Origin: Balanoglossus misakiensis | Lineage: Eukaryota; Animalia; Hemichordata | DNA length: 64,000 bases | Reading direction: 5' to 3' | Assembly (NCBI GenBank): GCA_040954595.2 | Contig: CM082577.2 | Coordinates: forward strand, 186,001 to 250,000 | Shown here: in pieces, positions 54,286 to 64,000 of the stretch | Layout of the letters: every line of letters begins with the position of its first letter | Numbering within the stretch: the stretch's first letter is position 1 | The notes under the pieces: generated by a model | What the model saw: the letters and a program-made list of their open reading frames with translations, nothing else | What the model was told of the DNA's origin: nothing | Database searches by the model: none | Program-made: the position numbers and the translations under genes

Positions 54286-57036
54286 TCTGTTATGCTTTTG
54301 TGGGATAAAAGTGAATAAATACAGTGGTAGTTATGTCAGACGCCTGGTCGAAAAAGACAGAAATGCGTGCTTCCTCTTCCAAAGACTACGTCACCGTCTG
54401 TCTCGCGATACCGGTAGACCGAATACCCGAAGCAATACATCAATATCAATACGCGTAACGCGACATGGTTTCGCCGGGGAAAAATCCCAAATGCTGATCA
54501 TCACAGAAATTGAATCCGCTAATCACATTAATATTTTACCTAAACCATACCACGGAATGTTTTGATGTTTCAACACTAATAACTATTTAATAGTACAACA
54601 TTTGACGCACTATTTTCTTTCTTTTGGCCCTGCAGGAATTTGAGTACAAAACGTCGGCATCAAGTCCTGGAGATCCTGCCATCGCAGGTGAAACTTCATA
54701 ATCTTTTGTTTCTATCCAAGCTGTGTACAATTACTTTTTCGCACCCAATTTTCATATAAACAGTGGGACGTACAGTAACACCATGAGCTGTAACTTGATA
54801 AAACATTCAAGCTTTAAAAACATCACATATCACTATTGGAAAATGTTTGGTCACACTTCCAAACTGAACATTTTTTGTAATAATTTCTTATTACAAATAT
54901 TCTGGCCTTTTTTACCAGAGATTTGACTTTGTTCTGTATACTTTGTTGGTTGTCCGTGCTGTGCTGTAGTGTTTTGCATTTGTCTTCACCAGTGGTCATA
55001 TAAATATGTTTGACCTATGGATGGGTATGGATCATGTGCATGGTTGTAATTATTTTAATAGAGCCCAGCTTTTGGACCAGTGCAGACATTTGTAACTACT
55101 CAGCCACTCACACAGGCAACTCATAACTCAATTACTCGAGGGGGAACAACTTCTGATAGCAAAGAACAGATGATTTATTTTATTTATTTTCTTACACGAT
55201 CAGAATGATATGGCACAAATTGAAAGCCCCGATCATAACTTGACTGCTTGCAATGTGAATTTCATCAAGAAAAAAAGGTGGGTAATTAAGCAAGTGTTAA
55301 CCAACTGTTGCTCAGCCATGCTCAAACATTACAGAATTGATTCATTATACTATTAGGGCAATTTTTTGTTGAGGTTTGAATAATTTTTGAAAATTATCTT
55401 CCTGAAAGCTTCATGTATACTATATCAGCAGATGAGAGGTCTGTATGTGACAATCTAGGATAAGTTTCTCCCCTACATGTAAATTCTACAATAGCCACTA
55501 TATTCTTGGGTATTTTGGAAGTATGCCCCATCTTACATATGCAACTGTACCGAACCTCCACACTGAAAAAAATGAGACATGGGCATTCTGGTACAGAAAT
55601 GTCTGAATTATTCTCGCTATCTTCTGCGTTGTGAAACACATGACCTGAATACATGTAAAAAAAAATAAGATTAACTTAAAATCTAAATTCACCAGACACT
55701 TAAAGGTCAAAGATTAGAAATATCTACACTGATACAAAACAGAACAATCTTTCACTGATATGTTGCATACATTTCTTTTCAGATTTGTCTCTATGGCAAT
55801 ACACTGGTAAATTTGATGGTCCATGCTCATTCTCCAATGAAAGTAAATTTGCAATCGCTTGATTCATGTCCAACCTTCGAAATTATGATTCTATATAGTA
55901 CACTGCTATATTTAAAAGCAAATCATGTAACACATTACATGACCATGGGGACTAATATGCAATGTGCATAACATGTCCCTGATTAGAACAGGGTAATTGT
56001 ATTCATAACAACTACACTATGACGTCATCAGCTGCAAGTGATGAATAACAATTTCAATCAAGATCTTTGAGTTGTCAAACAAAAAAAATTTACCTGTGAC
56101 AACTAGAAAACTACATGGTAAATTCTTCTTAATGCATAAAAATAAATCAAAAGAAACAGTTTACAGGTACATGTACTATAATTGAATTGCTTGAGTGCTA
56201 CATGTATTGGAACATGAAATACATAGGTAAAAAAGAGTTTCTCAAATCTTAATATAAAATAAAAGTATCTAACAGGAGTTGGTATTCAGAAATATGGTCA
56301 TAGTTTGTGGATGAAATCTCTGATAGTACATATTGACTTTCTTCCCAGAAAGAAAATGGAGCATCTTTTTGAACAAAACAAGCCATTCAATGATACTGTA
56401 CAATGCTTAGCACGACTTAGAAATTTCATCCATTTGTTCTTGACAAGAACACTCATCCCCAGGCACCAAATACATGTTCTCAAAAAATTTCACATTTGGA
56501 AAAAAGACGATATCAAGGCATAATATCGCAGTTACTAGAAACCGTGGTGATATCAAGTTCAGCAAAGTGCTACATGGACTAAAATGTTCGACAAGATGTG
56601 GTGTATCTGCAGAAAAAAATGTCTGAAGCCATGTTTTTCACTGCAATTCAATACATGTTCAATTTGCTTCAAAGAGTCAAGTACAGTCATCCTGTCTGTT
56701 GCAGAAGGGGGCTATCACTCTTGCGCTATATCATAAAGTGCAAGAAATCTAAATTACATTCTTCTCTTCTGTAATTACACAGATATTCACAAGGTTTACA
56801 CATTGCTAAGATGCATCAAATCAAGTTTTGAAATATCAGCTTCAGTGGGAATTTTCAATTCACCGAAAGTAGATATCTTCACGGCTTTCCCTTTATAGAA
56901 AATACAAAGTACAAAATATACCCCATTTGCTTGATAAACATTTAGTATTTATAGTCAGAATACAATTTACAGAATGTCCTTTTTTACACAGAAAAGAAAT
57001 GCAAAAAAAATATGCACAAATAACTGCAACCATTAA

Positions 57037-57253
57037 CCCTGTCAACGCCATAGTCAACTTACTTGTCGTCATTTTTCACAAAATTTACCCTATGACTTTT
57101 TACCATAGTTTTCAACTGAAATTTTAATCCTGCAGACATTGAAAAATAATGTTCACTTGGTCTAGGATTACAGGAAAAAATAGGGAAAAGTGTGTGAAAA
57201 TGATCAAAATGTTGCACCACATTTTGACAGCGAAAAATGTGGTGTTGAAAGGG
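57037..57253. mobile_element. Degenerate piggyBac-like MITE in the probable RhoGAP 3' UTR
   Basis: TTAA|CCCTGTCAACGCCA ... TGGTGTTGAAAGGG|TCAA, with further imperfect inverted similarity (CATTTTTCACA..CCCTAT / ATAGGG..TGTGAAAATG). Confidence 0.55.
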
Positions 57254-58501
57254 TCAAGACATGATATGATTCATCATATGTCCCATGAAAGTAACTTTCA
57301 AGGAGCTCTTCAAACTCATTACTGGTTTCTCGGTACAGCACCACTGCTTAGCTGCACAATCAGGCCACAAATTATGATAATCCAGAGGCAAGTAACTCCA
57401 CTAGCCTGAGCTCACAGGCTAGTAGTTTTTATGATCGAGCTGGACTGTTTGCAACAACATTCAAATTCTGGGCAAAACTGCTACTGGGCTGGTAATCAGC
57501 CCTGGGACTAGTGGATTTGCAAAGATCCGCTTGCCTCTGGGTGTACCACAGGGTTTGAATGGTTGCATCTGGGTAACTGTACAAAATCAACATATTGTAA
57601 TACATTTTCATCAGAAAAAAAAGATTAGAAGTTTTCTTTCCATTGATATAATATGAAAGCCATTTATGCTTTTTAAGTCCCTTCACCATACTTACGTTTA
57701 TTTGATATCGAATCCGTCCCTTATTCAGAGGGAGTGGAAGTTCGAGACACATGTATTAGTACTGTTTGCTTGTATATCATCTACGACTATATAAATATTC
57801 GCTACTACTTCATTAAATACTCTAACATCCTATCTATTACGGTATGAGTTACATGTTAGGCAAGATCTGAGTAATGTGTATAAAGCTTAATTACAAACAT
57901 CACATCTTATCGATAATTGTAAATTCACATCTTTGTTAAGTTGTGGGTCAATAAAATGCTAATACATCTAGTTACTGTACATTTGGCATTATAATAACAA
58001 TTATTATTATTATTATTCTGAAGGACCGACCGCAGTGGAATGGGTATGAGTACACAGGAACTGTATTTTTTCCTATTATGCAGCAAATGGCACAACCGGG
58101 CCAAATGCCTGCATGAACTAGCATGTTTCTCAGTATCCAGAATAAACAAGGGGAATCCACATAAACAGGAGAATGAATAATAACCGGTATGTATTTTATA
58201 ACAATGAAAGCACCACTGAATACTGCATAGGCATCCTTGGCTGGCTTTTACAGAGTGAAGGCCTAGGTAAAGTCAAGCTTATTGACAAGAATGTACATGT
58301 CCCCATGAGGAATCTCTATTATCTTGGTAACATAAGACTGTTAGTATCTTATTACAGCAACAGAAAAACACGCTCTGAAAACACAATTAAATACTATTTT
58401 TATGATGTGGAGTTGTTACATCTGAGATGACATCTGATGCCTGAACTTCCATTACTTGAAAATTCCCCTGGGATCAGATTTTGCTAATGTTGTTGCTGCA
58501 T

Positions 58502-61097
58502 TTACAAGCATGTTTCGTCGGTTTCGCTGTTTTTCCTTTCTTTGTCTGGTACGGGTGGAGGTGGGGGCGCCGTGCTGGGCTTGGACCTGGCTGGCAGGGT
58601 TCTCGACTTCACTTCTGCTGAGTCTTCCACTACGGCGCTCGGCGATGCCGGAAGAGTTGTGTCTTCCGCCATTGCCATTGGTGCGGAATTTGTTCTCTTA
58701 TGTGTCTTGTTCTCATCTTCGCTTCCACCACTCTCTTCTAGATTTGCGCTCTCAGTTTTGATAATTATTGGCGGAGGGGGAGGGGCTTCTTTTGGGGAGG
58801 TCGTTGGCTTGCTGGCTACAACCGGGGGATTGTCTGCCCGTGCAGCTGGAACTGGGGGTCTGTTTGGGGGACGATTTCCCGGCACTGGGGGCGCTGGTGC
58901 TTGCTTCTTTTTGCTTTTCCGACGGTGTACTTCACTCTCTGGGCTGAGGCTTAATCTAAAAATATGTAAACAAAAAAAAACACATAAAAACATGGAAACA
59001 CAACAGCTGGAACTACTAAATGATTCACCTCAATGGGCAAAATACACACACATTTCAACCTGAATAGAGAATGTGCAGAGATTTTGTTACGAATTCCAAC
59101 TTACCAATACGTGTGAAGATTGAAAATGTATATAATTTTGTATTTGATTCAACCTCATTGTGTTCTATAAAAACCCTCATGCGTCTTGTACTGCTGCTGA
59201 TTAGTTACGTGAAATGCATGCGTTAATGCTGTTAGTATTTCCTGTGTAACTTTCAAGGAGATTAATATACCTGCAATCAATGCATGCATGTATGCATCAT
59301 CATCATCATCACATATCCCCTAAACACTTTTCTTCCCCTAGTCTGATGTGCAAGGCAGCTTACAATCTTCTCGGATGGTTAGTAAATACATTGAGAACAT
59401 GGAATTCTCTTAATGCAGACAAGTGTTTCAACTTCTTTTAAGTTTTATATTTACAAGGTGATATTAGAAGTCTTAAGCACTAGAAGTTATAAGAAGCTGA
59501 GTTTAATAGAGAGAACAGATGATTTGCCATTCAAAAACTGCCATTAAAACGATGACTGGCCCTTCAGATACCTACTGTCATTGGTTTGTATAGGGCCTTG
59601 GAGGAGGATGGTGCTTTATAGAAGTTCTAGGACGGGGTGCCGGTTTAGGTGGTGGTGGCTTGTTAGTGGGCACCCGTGGCGGGGCATTCCGTGCAGGGTT
59701 ACTGAGAACCGGCGATTGTTGAGGCGATACATTCGCTGGTGACGTTTCAAGACTGAGGCTATAAAAGTCAGTAAGAAACATAACAAGAGTTACGTCGATT
59801 GGTGAAGGACAGAATGGCGTTAGACACATGGATATGTCACTTCACACAGTTGTCGCATGGATCCAGCAGCTGAGAGATGGATGGGTGTTTGAGTTGGTTT
59901 TCATACACAGAGTGATGGATCAAGCCAAGATGAGAGTTGCGAGGAGTACAGGGTGAAATGGAAATAAAGCTGAACACTTGTCTGAGTAGTAGGCATTCCA
60001 CGTTCTCAGATTTGATGGGCGAGTGTTCTGTTGTGTGATGTTTTATTATCTGAACTTGTGCCGCAATGTGGGAAGCTGACTTGATTATTGTTATTCTCTC
60101 CCTGACATGATGCAACAATGTCACGCCGCGTATATGAAACACATGACTTGGGCGTCCCATAGACACTCAGTGTGGGTGCCAATCCCCCCCCCCCCCCCCC
60201 TCCTGCTAGATGGTGGTGGTTACTTGTTACCTAGGCGACGGTAGCATTCAGGTAAACAAGTATGTAGGAACGAGACTAAAATTGACACTGCTCTTAGAGA
60301 CAATGCTATAGTATCCCCCTAAGTCCGCATCCCATTTTTACACTCACCCATATCCCATATTTTGAATAATTCATGGTTTTAGTCAGCACAGATCTTTGCT
60401 TTGTTGGAATTTTTTATAACTTGCAAATGTTGTTGGGTTTTTGTTGTGTGCAGTATTTGAGAATCCTTTCACAACACAGGGATAATTTAAAATTTGGATA
60501 CAATGCCTGCTGCATGTGGTATGATTTTACCTGAAATTTACTAACACAGACAAATGCAGATAAATGAGAAAACTGCACACACAAAAAGATGGTAAGCATT
60601 TTGGCAGATCAAAGTCATGACAGCAGCAATGTGTCAAACCAAGCAATGGAAACAAAATTGATACACTTAATGACACAAAAAGACATAAATTATTAATTGA
60701 CAAGTTCTAAAATCTGTTTTTGTCAACTCAACTTGTCATAAATTGTTCAAATGTTTTTGTCTGCTGTGAAGAAATTTTGATTTAATGGTATATGTACCTA
60801 ACATACCGGAAGTGTATAACATTGTTCGTAGTATAGCGTGACACTGTGTCTACATGCATCTATTGGATGTGTGTTAATGTCATTTCTAGTGTAGACATTT
60901 TCCCTGCCTGTCCCATATATTGCACTGTTTCTTACATCAAAGATTTTAGAATTGCTTAGTCTTTCAATTATTTCAGTCTTTGGATTAAGGTCAACACTTC
61001 CCTACAGTGAAGACAAATCTCAGCTGGCCCAATCAATGACCCAGTAAAATCTCACGGCCAGCAATTACCAAAAGGTGTCATACACATGTGAGCATGT

Positions 61098-61133
<36 letters not shown>

Positions 61134-63916
61134 TGATATTCTGTCATTTAGTACCTATCCACCCTATCCGGTTTCTCGGGTGTCTTTTCTTGCGGACGCA
61201 CATTTTCGTGCGACGATGCTCTCGCCATTGGCTGTGGCACTGCCTGCTGACTTGCTTGAGTACTGATTTGATCTTGGAGCTGCACCTCATTGGGAGTTTG
61301 TTTGTTTGCAATGATCCCAGGCTGTGATGACAGCTGCGGACTGCTTTGAACAAATTCAATTTCTGAAAAAATCAAAAATAACAATTATTGAAATGCAGCA
61401 CTCAGTGGCATGTTGGCATGTCGTGTACATGTACTTGTATTTTCCAGCCTTCAATTCTGGATTGTTCAATGTTGGAAAAAAGTTTGAAAAATCTGATGGG
61501 GAGATGTCCAGGGGGTACCTCTCCTAGAACCGTCAATGTGAGTAGCCATCCTTGGGGCCTGTAACCTTGTCTGCAATCTACATGTTGGGATTGAGATAAC
61601 ACGGCCCCGGTTATGACAAATTTTCTTGGCTCACCCCTCTGTCTTATCTGGTGACAAAAATCCAGTCAGTAAGACTACAGTGTGCTAGCAGGACTTCACA
61701 GCCAGACACCACAAGGCCACATTGCAGATAGCTACTTCAATGAACTACTGTGTACATGCACTGTACATACTTACCACCGGGAAAGAACCAATCTGCATGT
61801 TGGATCAGTGACTCTACAATTACACTTGCTGTGCCTGTCGACATCATTGATATCCTGCATAATTCCAAAGAAATATACAATGTGTATTTCACCAGCTGCT
61901 ATTCCAATGTCACTTCCACTACACTCCCCCTTTCGAAATTACTCCCAATGTACTCATTAAGATCTTATCTCTAAAATTTTCCAAACTTGAGTTCGGCCAG
62001 AGATTTTTTCAAACACCTGTGGTTAAAGACCGAATGTAAAAGAATTAACACTTTCAGTGAGTCAAGTCACATTACATAAAATATAGTTTGAAACTATAAC
62101 CACAAAAATAATATGAAATGATGCCACCACCACTGAGAATTTAAATAGACTTACGTATCTTCTTTGGCCCACATGATATTTGGAGCGATGACTAAAGCTA
62201 GGTTGCTGGAATTCATCTTAGTGATGCTACTATACTCCAGCAATTTATGTAAAAACTTGATAAGATATCTGCAAGGGAAAAATATCACATGAACAATCAG
62301 AGTCACTGATTTTTAAACACAATGATATTCATAATATTTTGACCATGAAACATGACAACTTTATCAGTTAATGCAGATAGAAATCAAAACCATTGTCGGT
62401 AATTAACTTGCCTAAGATTGTCAAAATTCGGTTTCGGAAGTTTGCTGACACACGTCCACAGCGCTTGAAGTCTCGTATCTGTGTCTTGTATGCTATGAAA
62501 TGCAACAAAAAATATCAAACATTGAACTCAACTTTGTCAAGACTGAATCCAGTTTGAAAGCACACTGAAAGGACAGAATTTCTTTTCAATTATATTTTTG
62601 CTCTGTGTACCGTCTACCATTTCCAAAACCTGTACAATGATTACATGTATTAAAATTCTATTTTTTAATGAAAACAATACTGGCTACAAACAAAATTCAT
62701 CTGTAACTTTAATAACAGGGATTTCATCATGATTTAGAGAGTTGCACAAGAACTGCACTTGACACACGGAACAAACATTGAAAATGACAGGTAATGAAGC
62801 CTTGACACCACCATAAGATTTCTGAAACAATTCACTCACCTATTTGCAGACACCCATTCATCATAGAGGGCAAAGGTCATTAGTGGTTCTGGTAATTCTC
62901 TCAAATATTGCTTGAGGACACCTGAGGACGTAGAACTCACTGTTATATTTCACACATCATACAAGGCACTTATTTATCAAGCATTTGTATAGCAAACATC
63001 AAATTGAGACTGATCAGTCGCGCAGTGGATTGTTGGTGACACCAGATGGAGAGACTGTGGAATACTCAGCCTGATAAGCTCTTACATCGCTTACAGGGGT
63101 TTCTGGTTTTAGTTGTCTGCCAGAAGTGTTGGCTGTCTTTAAGAGTCTGTACACACCCATCTCCACAGAAAACCAAATTTCTCATTTCTGGAAAATATAC
63201 ACATACACGCTGACAGTCAAGACAGTTAGATATCCACTTCATACCTGTGATTGCGTGCACATGGGCTGCATCTTCAAAATCTGTTGGATCTGGAACACCC
63301 AAGTCAAAGGACGCCTACAACAAGACATATGGAGTGTCATTATAACTTTGGATAATATATTGCAGACTAGTTTACATAATTAAAGCAATATTTTTTTTTT
63401 AAATATCAGAGTTATCATTCAGATTGATGGCTATTTTTAATTTCAAATCTGAGAGAGTTTTGCTCTCTTGTTAAAATTTTTGCATGGTGACACTCAATTT
63501 TAAGTTACCTTGAGGCAAAGCATGAGAAAAAGCTTGTGACGTTGATTTAGAGGCACATATACATGTAGCGTGCTTATGCTAAACAATACAATAAACTACA
63601 TGTACTTTGATTGACGTAGGAATGATTTGCCAATGACGAGTCACTGTTTTGCTTTTACCCGAAGTTTCTTGACTTTAGACGAACTGCCCGCTATTCGAAA
63701 CAAGCCCTCTTCCTCTAAACCAAACTGAATGATAGCATCGCAGCAGGCATCGATTGGGAATGCAATTTCTCTCTCTGAGACCCTCAGGTGAGATTCAAGT
63801 GGCGTTCCAAAAACTGGCTTTGCGGGATTCTCTTCCAGTAACTCATGCATGGCTGGCAACATTCGATCCAAAACTGCAGCTGCTCTCTTGTGATAATCTG
63901 CTTGATGTGCTACGAG
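58502..63916 (-). CDS. ARHGAP17: BAR-RhoGAP protein of the ARHGAP17/ARHGAP44 (RICH)/SH3BP1 family, 3' part; the 5' end lies beyond the window
   Basis: Exons 63916-63659, 63314-63245, 62921-62840, 62492-62412, 62268-62155, 61854-61775, 61362-61155, then 59758-59578 or 58955-58502. BAR end QADYHKRA, KPVFGTPLESHL, EEGLFRIAG, LKQYLRELPEPL, KMNSSNLALVIAPNI, LIQHADWFFP, proline-rich tail. The symbol marks the family; the exact paralog cannot be assigned. Confidence 0.92.
61100..61129. repeat. (CA)n microsatellite, intronic
   Basis: Directly visible. Confidence 0.95.
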
Positions 63917-64000
63917 CTGAAGAGAGAAAATATACATACAACAGTCAGATGGTCACCAGACACAGTATCACAATCACACTCACACCAAAGATAATGACAA

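Noticed and set aside
54400-54410. TCTCGCGATA motif in the DDX5 promoter
   Set aside because: One mismatch from the TCTCGCGAGA housekeeping motif; plausible but ordinary and untestable here.
59837-60166. 109-aa minus-strand ORF within a RhoGAP intron
   Set aside because: No convincing flanking splice sites and no family similarity.

Overview
Eukaryotic (animal, probably marine invertebrate) genomic DNA with GT-AG introns; no prokaryotic features or CRISPR. Bases 1-20843 are the edge of an AT-rich satellite array of about 240 copies of an 87-bp monomer, with nested duplications and 16/17-mer higher-order repeats. It ends in about 5.5 inverted copies of a divergent 88-bp variant (20842-21323). 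All ORFs listed there are repeat artefacts. Bases 21.3-32.7 kb are gene-poor: microsatellites, a MITE, a pair of near-identical inverted ~155-bp elements with (CAT)n tails, and a candidate TATA/CRE-driven gene with a signal-peptide exon. From 32.8 kb there is a compact cluster: an unknown acidic protein gene (+), ecdysoneless ECD (-, 14 coding exons, with a non-autonomous Helentron-type element in intron 1), LAMTOR2 (+, head-to-head with ECD), a DDX5/DDX17 DEAD-box helicase (-, 13 coding exons) and the 3' part of a BAR-RhoGAP of the ARHGAP17/44 family (-). I see no demonstrably new biological system. The best lead is in DDX5 intron 11: a hairpin with exact kink-turn geometry next to two cryptic 5' splice sites and a candidate poison exon. 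Gene models were built by eye from splice signals and frame; nothing was aligned or folded computationally.
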